From the NCBI RefSeq assembly GCF_031178445.1, contig NZ_JAPSIY010000008.1, positions 65,429-129,428 of the forward strand: a DNA stretch of 64,000 nucleotides, in the 5' to 3' direction. The notes beneath the pieces were generated by a model. The model did not search any database. It worked only from the letters and a program-made list of their open reading frames with translations, and was not told the DNA's origin. This document shows positions 25,621 through 34,406 of the stretch, in pieces. Positions within the stretch are counted from its first letter, which is position 1. Every line of letters starts with the position of its first letter. Source of the DNA: Microbacterium sp. (GTDB lineage Bacteria > Actinomycetota > Actinomycetes > Actinomycetales > Microbacteriaceae). A program made the translations under genes and the position numbers.

Positions 25621-27975
25621 TTGCCTGCACTGCATCCGGCCGACGGCCACGACGCCATCCGCGTCGAGGGCGCGCGCGAGAACAATCTGAAGAACGTGAG
25701 CGTGGAACTGCCGAAACGGCGTCTCACCGTCTTCACCGGGGTGTCGGGCTCCGGTAAGAGCTCCCTCGTCTTCGACACCATCGCTGCGGAGTCCCGCCGC
25801 ATGATCGACGAGACGTACAGCGCCTTCGTGCAGGGGTTCATGCCCTCCGTACCACGACCCGACGTCGACGTGCTCGAGGGCCTCACCACCGCCATCATCG
25901 TCGACCAGGAACGCCTGGGCGCGAATCCCCGTTCGACCGTCGGCACCGTCACGGACGCGAATGCGATGCTGCGCATCCTCTTCTCCAAGCTCGGCAAGCC
26001 CTACATCGGCGGCCCGACCGCGTTCTCGTTCAACATCCCGACGCAGAAGGCCAGCGGCGTGATGACGGGCCCCGGTGGCGAGAAGAAGATCGTCAAGGAC
26101 GCGATCTACCTGGGCGGGATGTGTCCGCGGTGCGAGGGCAGGGGAGCGGTGTCGGACATCGACCTCACGCAGGTCGTCGACGAGACGAAGTCGCTCGACG
26201 AGGGCGCGATCATGGTTCCCGGTTACACCGCCGACGGCTGGATGGTGAAGGGGTTCTCGCAGTCCGGCTTCTATCCGTCCGACAAGCCCATCGAGCAGTT
26301 CACCGAGAAGCAGCGGCACCTGTTCCTGTACGGCGAGGTGACGAAGGTCAAGATCTCGGGGATCAACATGACCTACGAAGGCCTGATCCCCAAGATCACG
26401 AAGGCGATGCTGTCGAAGGACCTCGACGCCTTGCAACCCCACATCCGGCGTTTCGTAGAGCGCGTTGCGACGTTCGCGACCTGCCCGGAATGTGACGGGA
26501 CGCGGCTGACCGAGGGGGCGCGATCGTCGAAGATCGCGGGCATCAGCATCGCCGATGCATGCCGGATGCAGGTCACAGATCTGGCCGAGTGGGTGCGCGG
26601 GCTCGATCTCGCAGAAGCGGGACCACTGCTGAAGGCGCTCAGCGCCAACCTCGACGCGTTCGTCACCCTCGGCCTGGGGTACCTGAGCCTCGACAGGCCG
26701 TCAGGCACGTTGAGTGGGGGAGAAGCGCAGCGCATCAAGCTGCTGCGTCACCTCGGCTCATCGCTCACCGACGTCACCTACGTCTTCGACGAGCCGACCA
26801 TCGGTCTGCATCCGCACGACATCCAGCGGATGAACGGACTGCTGCGCGAACTGCGAGACAAGGGCAACACGGTGCTCGTCGTCGAGCACAAACCTGAGGC
26901 GATCGCGATCGCCGACCACGTCGTCGACCTGGGCCCCGGCGCGGGGAGCAACGGCGGCGAGATCTGTTTCGAAGGCACCGTCGAAGGGCTGCGAGCGAGC
27001 GGGTCTCTCACCGGCCGGCACCTCGATGACCGGGCGGCGCTCAAACCCGCGGTGCGCAAGGCGACCGGCGTGATCGAGGTGCGCGGGGCAACCGCGAACA
27101 ACCTGCAGGACGTGGACATCGACATCCCCACGGGCGTGCTCACCGTCGTGACCGGCGTGGCGGGATCCGGCAAGAGCTCGCTGATCCACGGATCGGTGTC
27201 GCCGCGAGAGGGCGTCATCGCGATCGACCAGTCCGCGATCCGGGGATCGCGACGCAGCAACCCCGCCACCTACACAGGGCTGCTCGAGCCGATCCGCAAG
27301 GCGTTCGCCAAGGCGAACGGCGTCAAGCCGGCGCTGTTCAGTGCCAACTCCGAGGGCGCGTGTCCCACATGCAAGGGGGCCGGTGTCATCATCACCGAGC
27401 TCGGGTTCATGGACACGATCGAGACGCCGTGCGAAGACTGCGGTGGCAAGCGGTTCCAGGCCGCAGTACTGGAGTACAAGCTGGGTGGGCTCGACATCAC
27501 CGAGGTGCTGGACCTGCCGGTCGCGAAGGCGCGGGAGTTCTTCTCCTCGGGCGAAGCGAAGATCCCCGCAGCGGCTGCGATCCTCGGCCGGCTCGAAGAT
27601 GTGGGGCTCGGCTACCTCTCGCTCGGTCAGCCCCTGTCGACTCTGTCGGGCGGTGAGCGGCAGCGCGTCAAGCTCGCCATCCAGATGGGGGAGAAGGGCG
27701 ACGTCTACGTGCTCGACGAGCCGACCACCGGTCTGCACCTCGCAGACGTGCGTCAGATCCTCGGCCTGCTCGACCGGCTGGTCGACGACGGCAAGACCGT
27801 GATCGTCATCGAGCATCACCAGGCGGTGATGGCCCACGCGGACTGGATCATCGACATCGGCCCGGGTGCGGGCCATGACGGAGGCCGGGTCGTGTTCGAG
27901 GGCACACCCGCCGATCTCGTGGCTGCGGCATCGACCTTGACGGGTCAGCATCTGGCCGAGTACGTGGCCGGCTGA
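25621..27975 (+). CDS. UvrA-like ABC ATPase (class II, UvrA2/DrrC-like)
   Basis: GARENNLK, two Walker A motifs (GVSGSGKSS, GVAGSGKSS), LSGGE signatures, CxxC zinc fingers; 784 aa, shorter than canonical UvrA. Confidence 0.92.
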   Translation: MPALHPADGHDAIRVEGARENNLKNVSVELPKRRLTVFTGVSGSGKSSLVFDTIAAESRRMIDETYSAFVQGFMPSVPRPDVDVLEGLTTAIIVDQERLGANPRSTVGTVTDANAMLRILFSKLGKPYIGGPTAFSFNIPTQKASGVMTGPGGEKKIVKDAIYLGGMCPRCEGRGAVSDIDLTQVVDETKSLDEGAIMVPGYTADGWMVKGFSQSGFYPSDKPIEQFTEKQRHLFLYGEVTKVKISGINMTYEGLIPKITKAMLSKDLDALQPHIRRFVERVATFATCPECDGTRLTEGARSSKIAGISIADACRMQVTDLAEWVRGLDLAEAGPLLKALSANLDAFVTLGLGYLSLDRPSGTLSGGEAQRIKLLRHLGSSLTDVTYVFDEPTIGLHPHDIQRMNGLLRELRDKGNTVLVVEHKPEAIAIADHVVDLGPGAGSNGGEICFEGTVEGLRASGSLTGRHLDDRAALKPAVRKATGVIEVRGATANNLQDVDIDIPTGVLTVVTGVAGSGKSSLIHGSVSPREGVIAIDQSAIRGSRRSNPATYTGLLEPIRKAFAKANGVKPALFSANSEGACPTCKGAGVIITELGFMDTIETPCEDCGGKRFQAAVLEYKLGGLDITEVLDLPVAKAREFFSSGEAKIPAAAAILGRLEDVGLGYLSLGQPLSTLSGGERQRVKLAIQMGEKGDVYVLDEPTTGLHLADVRQILGLLDRLVDDGKTVIVIEHHQAVMAHADWIIDIGPGAGHDGGRVVFEGTPADLVAAASTLTGQHLAEYVAG

Positions 27976-27991
27976 ACGAGGAGAGCCGACG

Positions 27992-28783
27992 ATGGCCACC
28001 GATCAGCGCGAGATCGACGAGCGGATCCAGACCTACTACGGTGAAGTCTTCGACGAGGAAGCCAGGCTGACCAGCCGCTCCGCCCAGGGGCCGCTGGAGT
28101 TCGCTCGCACGCAAGAGATCGTCCGGAGGCATGTGCCCGAGGGAAGCATCCTCGATATCGGCGGAGGAGCCGGCGTGCATGCCCGAGCGCTGGTGGACGG
28201 CGGATACGACGTCACCCTGATCGACCCCGTCTCACGGCATGTCGCGCAGGCGCGGGCCGCCGGCGTGCGAGCATCCGTTGCCGATGCACGTGACCTGCCG
28301 TTCGAGGATGCAGTCTTCGACGCCGCGCTCATGCTCGGGCCGCTCTACCATCTGGCGTCGAGCGCTGACCGGCAGGCAGCGCTCCGCGAGGCGCACCGCG
28401 TCGTGCATCCCGGCGGACACGTGTTCGCCGCAGGCCTTTCAAGATATATCGCGTTCGGCAAGGTCTCGCTCGCACGCGCGATGCCTGAGGAACTGCCGGG
28501 GGAGTGGGCCGCTCTCATCACCGGTGGAGCGCCCGTCTCGGGGATGCGGTTTCCGGCGGGGCATTACCACACAGCCGAAGAACTTCACGCTGAGCTGGAG
28601 GAAGCCGGGTTCTCCGAAGTCTCCGTCGTGGGCTTGGAGGGTCCCGCAGGCCTGTACCTGGAGACTGTCGCCGAGGCTGATGCGGAGTTGTCGGACGCGG
28701 CGCTCGAGCTCGCGCGGGCGGCCGAGGCCGTGCCCGGTATCCGCGACTTCAGCGCGCACCTGATCGGGATCGGCCGGGCCTGA
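27992..28783 (+). CDS. Class I SAM-dependent methyltransferase
   Basis: ILDIGGGAG, DARDLPF, GPLYHL; RBS GAGGAG. Confidence 0.88.
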   Translation: MATDQREIDERIQTYYGEVFDEEARLTSRSAQGPLEFARTQEIVRRHVPEGSILDIGGGAGVHARALVDGGYDVTLIDPVSRHVAQARAAGVRASVADARDLPFEDAVFDAALMLGPLYHLASSADRQAALREAHRVVHPGGHVFAAGLSRYIAFGKVSLARAMPEELPGEWAALITGGAPVSGMRFPAGHYHTAEELHAELEEAGFSEVSVVGLEGPAGLYLETVAEADAELSDAALELARAAEAVPGIRDFSAHLIGIGRA

Positions 28784-28858
28784 CCGCGTAGACGCCGTCC
28801 GTCTGCGAGCCCCGCCGGGGGTCTACTCTGTGAGTGTCTCTGACGGAAGGGGTCGGCC

Positions 28859-29041
28859 ATGGGCGTCGAAAGCGGGCAGCTGGCTGAGCATCACGTGCCC
28901 GGCCCCGGCGAGAGCAGTGTCCCAGAGCTCGAAGAGGACGAGACCGTGGCGCCGCGGCCCGAGGAGGCCATCGCCGACGTGCTGCGGGCGAAACCCGACG
29001 TCGCCGACCACAGTCGCGGTACAGGTGGGAACCTGCGGTGA
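28859..29041 (+). CDS. Small acidic hypothetical protein (60 aa)
   Basis: -10-like TACTCT at 28824, RBS-like GGAAGGGG, stop overlaps next GTG start. Confidence 0.55.
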   Translation: MGVESGQLAEHHVPGPGESSVPELEEDETVAPRPEEAIADVLRAKPDVADHSRGTGGNLR

Positions 29042-29276
29042 GAACGCTTGCGCGGAGTCTGCTGTCGGCAGGATTCGCGTTCGTTCTCGCATTCGCCATG
29101 CTCATCCTCGAGAACGGAATCATCGCTGACGTGTCCGGCGGCGTCGGTACGGTCACGTCCGTACAGGCGGGCGTGGGAATCGCGGGAGCCGGGCTGGTTG
29201 TTCGGGGTTCGGTCTGCTGGTCATCGCTGCGCGTCGCCTCACCGCGCGCACACCGGCGCCCAGGGCTGCGACCTAG
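29038..29276 (+). pseudogene. Probable frameshifted small two-TM membrane protein
   Basis: Hydrophobic N-terminus; a 1-nt shift near 29203-29208 continues as FGLLVIAARRLTART to TAG at 29274. Confidence 0.4.
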
Positions 29277-29310
29277 GTGCGGGATCGCGAGCCTGCAGAC
29301 CGCATCAATA

Positions 29311-29338
29311 TAATCCGATAATGCACATTATGTCAGCT
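29311..29338 (+). other. dif-like XerC/XerD recombination site
   Basis: TAATCCGATAA-TGCACA-TTATGTCAGCT: 11-6-11 layout, ATAA..TTAT inner repeat, TTATGT XerD arm; 17/28 identical to E. coli dif; gene orientation switches here. Confidence 0.85.
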
Positions 29339-29387
29339 TGAGGACCTCCACGAACCAGTTGAGTCGCGGAGTCGGGTCGGTCCTCTC

Positions 29388-29753
29388 TCACGCGAGCGCA
29401 GGGACCACCCATGCGGCAGCAGCGAACCCTGCAACAGACACGAGCAGCAGAAGAACGATCCCTGCGCCGACGACCCACGACCGCCGCCTGGAGAGCACCA
29501 CCGTGGCAAGGATCGCTGCTAGACACGCAACTGCTATGACGACAGTCCAAACGGTGGCCGCGACTTGCCGATCGTGGGCGAAGCAGTTTCGCGGGCCTGG
29601 CATCGTCAGAGCACACACCTCTGGCCCGACCGGGACGGCAACCCACCAGATCAAGCCGACCGCGATGAGCGCGAGCAGTGTCATGATCAGAATCCCGACC
29701 ACCATGGCCGCAGTCGGCCGGACTGAGGAGCGTCTTCCCTCGAGGGCCGTCAT
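29388..29753 (-). CDS. Hypothetical 3-TM membrane protein
   Basis: Three hydrophobic segments, Cys pair in loop; TATGAT 6 nt before ATG. Confidence 0.65.
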   Translation of the reverse strand: MTALEGRRSSVRPTAAMVVGILIMTLLALIAVGLIWWVAVPVGPEVCALTMPGPRNCFAHDRQVAATVWTVVIAVACLAAILATVVLSRRRSWVVGAGIVLLLLVSVAGFAAAAWVVPALA

Positions 29754-29833
29754 TTCCTCATCATAAGAGGGCCGCCGTCTCCCCCGCGTTCGCCGGTCCA
29801 CCGGGACAGCACTCGCGAGAATCCCCTCCTCGC

Positions 29834-30334
29834 GTGGGACAATCTTTTGTGCTTCCGACCACGCATGAACCAGCGGGCTACTCCTGCCCGTTCTGCAGGC
29901 TTCAGCAGGGACTGTTCGACGAGCGGAACGCGGCATCCGACATCATCGCTGTCACGGAACGTGCTTATGCGCGCATCGCCCCTAAGTGGTGGCCGGGCAA
30001 TCACGGCGCGGTTCTCGTGATCCCGCGCGTGCACGTGGAGAACATCTATGGAATCTCGGCGGCGGACGGGTTCGCCGTGTGGGACCTCGTGCAGCGCGTC
30101 GCCACGAGCATGCGTTCCGCCTACGGATGCGACGGTACTTCGATCCGGCAGCACAACGAGCCGGGTGGCGATCAGGACGTCTGGCATCTCCATGTGCACG
30201 TCTTCCCCCGCCACGAGAACGATCGTCTCTACCTTCGGCACGATGAGTCCGGGTGGTTCTCTCCTGCCGATCGTGAGCCGTACGCACTGAAGCTGCGCCG
30301 TGCACTACAGCTGCCGTACACGTTCGACGACTGA
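29834..30334 (+). CDS. HIT family protein
   Basis: CPFC, HNEPGGDQDVWHLHVHVFPR histidine triad; start uncertain. Confidence 0.9.
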   Translation: MGQSFVLPTTHEPAGYSCPFCRLQQGLFDERNAASDIIAVTERAYARIAPKWWPGNHGAVLVIPRVHVENIYGISAADGFAVWDLVQRVATSMRSAYGCDGTSIRQHNEPGGDQDVWHLHVHVFPRHENDRLYLRHDESGWFSPADREPYALKLRRALQLPYTFDD

Positions 30335-30407
30335 CCCGCGCGCGAGCGACCATCACCACTCCCCTGCGCCGGCGCTCGAACCGCGGTCACCGCCGCCCAT
30401 GGTCTGC

Positions 30408-30920
30408 TTGATGAGACGTCGGTCATTCCTCGGACGTGACAACGCCGCTCCCCCGTCGCCTAGGCTCTCGAATGTGAAGGCCGCCATACAGATCACGATC
30501 GCGGAGAGCCTGGCAGCCGGCGACCTCGCCCGGATCGAGGCGCTCCTCGCGCAGTTGTCATTGACGGCCACCTTCGAGCCGTCTCGCGTGCAGATGATGC
30601 TCACGACACCGGGAGTGGACCTCTTCGTCGCCCGCGACGCGGAGCGCATCGTCGGGATGGCGACGCTCGTGACGTTTCCACTCGTCACCGGCTGGCGCGG
30701 GATCGTCGAGGATGTGGTCGTGGACCATCTGGCCCGTGGGCGAGGCGTAGCGCGATCGCTGCTCGAAGCGATCATCGACGAGTCCGACCGGCGCCGTCTT
30801 CGCACCCTCGACCTCACGTCTCGTCCGTCACGCGAGTCAGCGCTTCGTCTCTACGAATCGGTCGGGTTCCGGCCTCGCGACACGAATGTCCTGCGATACG
30901 CCCCGCCGTCGGACGGCTGA
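30408..30920 (+). CDS. GNAT family N-acetyltransferase
   Basis: VEDVVVDHLARGRGVA, LYESVGF; start may be GTG 30474. Confidence 0.85.
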   Translation: MMRRRSFLGRDNAAPPSPRLSNVKAAIQITIAESLAAGDLARIEALLAQLSLTATFEPSRVQMMLTTPGVDLFVARDAERIVGMATLVTFPLVTGWRGIVEDVVVDHLARGRGVARSLLEAIIDESDRRRLRTLDLTSRPSRESALRLYESVGFRPRDTNVLRYAPPSDG

Positions 30921-30972
30921 ACAGCAGCCATACGGAAATGCCAACACGCAACCTTGTGCAGGGCCGGCGGGA

Positions 30973-32562
30973 TCACGCCGGCCTGCTCGGCGATGCAAGG
31001 CCGTAGACGTCCAGCCCGCCCGGCACGACAGCGACGGTCGCCGACACCGTACGATCTTCGGACGCACTCGGCGTGACCTCGCCGTCGTGCGCAAAGCCGA
31101 CAGGCTCCGACACACCAGCCTGCGCCTCGATGCGCAGCGACGTCGTGGTGAACGACTCGATCGTTGCCAAGCGCGCACGCCCCGGAACGCGGTCGAGCAT
31201 GGCCGAGGCCCGTACACCGAAGGCAAGCGCGACCAGCCCGCGAAGCCGCGGCATGCGACCTCGAGCATGCAGCACCCGCACGTCCAGCACCCCATCGTCG
31301 AGGCGTCGACGCTGCAGTGGCACCATGGAGGTCGACGAATTCGCCCCTGTCGCGACCGCCACCGACCAGACTCTGGCGGGGCGCCCGTCGACGCGGACGT
31401 CGATCGTCACAGCGCGCGCCAGCACCTTCGCGGCTGCGACAAGAGCTGCGACCGGCTTGCCGAGACGGTTCTCCATCGACTCCCGCTCCGCCACGAAGTC
31501 GGGATAGATTCCGACGGACGCCGCGTTCAGCACCGTGAGCGGCTCGTCCCCTTCGATCGTCAGCTCGGCGATGTCCACGCGCCGTCCTGCACCAGAGCGC
31601 ACCGCGTCGACGGCGTCGTCGATCGTCGGCGCGCCCGCGGTGCGGGCGAAATGATTGAACGTCCCGCCGGGGAAGATCAGCAGCGGAAGGCCGGCGCGTC
31701 GAGCGGCATCTGCGACGGCCGCGACCGAGCCGTCGCCACCCCACACGCCGAGCACTAGAGGCGGCCTCGCCGACGCGAGCGCGTCGCGAACCAGTTCGGC
31801 GATGTCATCGCCTTCCTCGAGGACGTGAGTCGCGGCACCGGGCAGCGCCTCGGAAAGGAAGTTCACAGGCTCAGGTCGCAGTGGATCGATACCTGATGCG
31901 GTGTTCACGAGGATGAGCGCTCCGGTACCGTCGGGCAGCGCAGGCAGCTCGACCGCGGGCGCCGAACGCGCAGGCTCCCGGATGCTGCGTGCAGGCACCA
32001 GCAATCTCCCGGTTACCGCGACGGCCGACCCGAGCGCCGCTCCGCCGACGACATCGGAGAGCCAGTGAGCACCCGTGTGCAGACGCGAGTAGGCCACGGC
32101 GGCACCGAGCGGTGCGAGGATCACGCCGCTGCGGCGCGATTCCAGGGCCACCCCGGTGACGAACGCCGCAGCCGAAGCGGAGTGCCCCGAAGGGAAGGAG
32201 GCCGACGTCGGCGTCTTCTTGAGCCGTCGTGGCACCGGCACGTCCTTGAGCACCGGACGGTCACCGCCGAAGATCTGCTTTCCCACGAGATTGGCCAGTG
32301 CGCTGCCGACGACAAGCGATGCGACACCGCGGACCGCTCCCCGCCGCGCCGCTCCCCCGAGCGCGTAGAGAACCACGGCGATGCCGATCCACAGTCGGCT
32401 GCGATCTGCCAGGTGCGAGAGCCGCGCAAGGGCTCGGTCCAGACTCGGCAGATGCCGGTGACCGTTGATGGCTCTGGAGGCGAGCGCGTCCGCCCGGCGC
32501 ATCCACCGCGGCAGGATGCGCACGCGACGCAAGGCGATGAACGGATGTGCGGTCAGCCCCAT
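30973..32562 (-). CDS. Bifunctional PAP2 phosphatase / diacylglycerol kinase family protein
   Basis: RP..SFPSGHS..SRLHTGAHWLSDV (PAP2); VNTASG, GGDGSV, GGTFNHFA, DGE (DAGK). Confidence 0.9.
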   Translation of the reverse strand: MGLTAHPFIALRRVRILPRWMRRADALASRAINGHRHLPSLDRALARLSHLADRSRLWIGIAVVLYALGGAARRGAVRGVASLVVGSALANLVGKQIFGGDRPVLKDVPVPRRLKKTPTSASFPSGHSASAAAFVTGVALESRRSGVILAPLGAAVAYSRLHTGAHWLSDVVGGAALGSAVAVTGRLLVPARSIREPARSAPAVELPALPDGTGALILVNTASGIDPLRPEPVNFLSEALPGAATHVLEEGDDIAELVRDALASARPPLVLGVWGGDGSVAAVADAARRAGLPLLIFPGGTFNHFARTAGAPTIDDAVDAVRSGAGRRVDIAELTIEGDEPLTVLNAASVGIYPDFVAERESMENRLGKPVAALVAAAKVLARAVTIDVRVDGRPARVWSVAVATGANSSTSMVPLQRRRLDDGVLDVRVLHARGRMPRLRGLVALAFGVRASAMLDRVPGRARLATIESFTTTSLRIEAQAGVSEPVGFAHDGEVTPSASEDRTVSATVAVVPGGLDVYGLASPSRPA

Positions 32563-32663
32563 CTTCTGAGCGTAGACCTCTGGACCGGCGGCGGGGAGGG
32601 GCAGACCCGGCTCCGGAGTGCGCGACGACCCCCGCCGCTGTCTGGCTGGTGCAGGATGGAGCC

Positions 32664-33221
32664 GTGCCCAGCTTTCCCGATGCGACGCTCACGACCTCCA
32701 CGGGTCTGACGCTTTCATCCCTCATGGCCTCAGATGCATCTGCACTCATGAGCGCGTTCTCGGATGCCGAGCTGCGCCGCTGGCTGCCGTTGCCATCGCC
32801 GTACACGATGGATCTCGCGGAGTCCTGGTGCACGAGCACCTCCAGGGAACTGCTCGAGTCGGGCCGGGGTTTCGTTCTCGGGGTCCGCGATCGTGACGCG
32901 CTGGTCGCGAGCATCGACGCGAAGCGGGTCGACTGGCGCGCGCGCACGCTCGAGCTGAGCTACTGGACTGCCGCCTCCCATCGCGGGCACGGCGTCATGT
33001 CGACCGCGGTCCGGCGCGTGGCCGACTGGGTCATCGGCGAGCTGGGCTTCGAGCGCATAGAACTGCGCATCGCGACCGAGAACGTCGGCTCCCTGCGAAC
33101 GGCCGCCCGCGCCGGTTTCGTGCGGGAGGGAGTCGCCCGCAACGCGGGATTCACGGATGCCGGGCGCGTGGATCTCGCCGTCTTCTCTCTGATCCGTTCA
33201 GATCGGCCGAGCAGCGGCTGA
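32664..33221 (+). CDS. RimJ/RimL-type GNAT acetyltransferase
   Basis: ELSYW..HRGHGVM, ENVGSLRTAARAGFVREG; GTG start inferred. Confidence 0.85.
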   Translation: MPSFPDATLTTSTGLTLSSLMASDASALMSAFSDAELRRWLPLPSPYTMDLAESWCTSTSRELLESGRGFVLGVRDRDALVASIDAKRVDWRARTLELSYWTAASHRGHGVMSTAVRRVADWVIGELGFERIELRIATENVGSLRTAARAGFVREGVARNAGFTDAGRVDLAVFSLIRSDRPSSG

Positions 33222-33228
33222 CCCGCGG

Positions 33229-34311
33229 TCAGATCCGACCCCGCATCGGGGTGCGCTCGACGGGATCGCCCTCCTCCGGCATCGTCATCTCGGCACGCAC
33301 GCCCAGCAGGCGCACCTCGCGCGTACGGTCGAGCATCTGCCCCAGCGCAAGCGCAGCATCCACGAACTCACCGCGATCCAGGGTCGGTTGCGGCAGCTTC
33401 CTTCCGATGGTCTTCGTCTCGAACGGTGCGTACCGCACCTTGAGATGCACGCGGGTCACCGGTCGTCCCTCGGCCGCGCAATCGGCGTACGCATGCTCGG
33501 CGAGTTCCCGAATCGCGACGTCGACTTCGCCCGGTGCGGCCAGGTTCTGCTGAAAGGTGATCTCTCGGCTGTGGCTGCGCGCGACCCACGGTGTGTCGTC
33601 GACGACCGCGGGGCCGTTCCCCGAACCGAGGCCGTGGTACCAGGCGCCCAACTTGGGCCCGAACTCCCGAAGCATGGCTTCATGGTCGGCGTCCGCCAGC
33701 TCGCGCACTGTGCGGATCCCGTGTGACGCGAGACGCTTCTCGATCTTCGCGCCGACGCCCCACAGCTCCCGCGTGGAGCGCTCGCCCATCACGTCGAACC
33801 AGTTCTGCTCCGTCAGACGGAAGACTCCCCCGGGCTTGCCGAACTCTGTGGCGATCTTCGCCCGCACCTTGTTGTCGCCGATGCCGACCGAGCACCTCAG
33901 GCCGGTCGCCTCGAGCACCGCCCGCTGCGCCTCACGGGCGACAGCCTCGGGGTCGGCGGTCCGGACGCCGAGAAAGCATTCGTCCCACCCGATGACCTCG
34001 AGCACGACATCGGGAAGCGCGCGAAGGGTCGCCATCACGTGATCCGACGCCGCCTCGTACGCCTCGTGATCCACCGGCAGGAAGACGGCGTCCTCGGGTG
34101 CCTTTCGCGCAGCGATCTTCAGCGGCATGCCCGACCCGATCCCATACTGTCGCGCCTCGTACGAGGCCGTCGAGACCACGGCGCGCTCGGTCGGATCCCC
34201 GCGCCCGCCGACGATGACCGGGCGTCCTGCCAGCTCGGGCCGACGCAGCACCTCGACCGCCGCGATGAACTGATCCATGTCGACGTGCAGCACCCACGAA
34301 GCGAACCCCAT
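33229..34311 (-). CDS. dinB: DNA polymerase IV (Y family)
   Basis: LHVDMDQFIAAVE, STASYEAR, DE acidic pair, SVGIGDNKVRAKIA, KPGG, LWGVG. Confidence 0.92.
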   Translation of the reverse strand: MGFASWVLHVDMDQFIAAVEVLRRPELAGRPVIVGGRGDPTERAVVSTASYEARQYGIGSGMPLKIAARKAPEDAVFLPVDHEAYEAASDHVMATLRALPDVVLEVIGWDECFLGVRTADPEAVAREAQRAVLEATGLRCSVGIGDNKVRAKIATEFGKPGGVFRLTEQNWFDVMGERSTRELWGVGAKIEKRLASHGIRTVRELADADHEAMLREFGPKLGAWYHGLGSGNGPAVVDDTPWVARSHSREITFQQNLAAPGEVDVAIRELAEHAYADCAAEGRPVTRVHLKVRYAPFETKTIGRKLPQPTLDRGEFVDAALALGQMLDRTREVRLLGVRAEMTMPEEGDPVERTPMRGRI

Positions 34312-34406
34312 GCCTCGAGTGTGCCGTGCGCAGGCCCTGTTCGTCACTCCTGTCGACTCGCTTCGCACGATCGCGCCCGCACTCCTCGCGGGACTAGCGT
34401 GGGAAC

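Noticed and set aside
28830-29129. Alternative 99-aa ORF 28830-29129 and 182-aa extension of 29388-29936
   Set aside because: Low-complexity R/P/C-rich translations without RBS support; the overlapping shorter frames have better promoter, RBS and coupling evidence.
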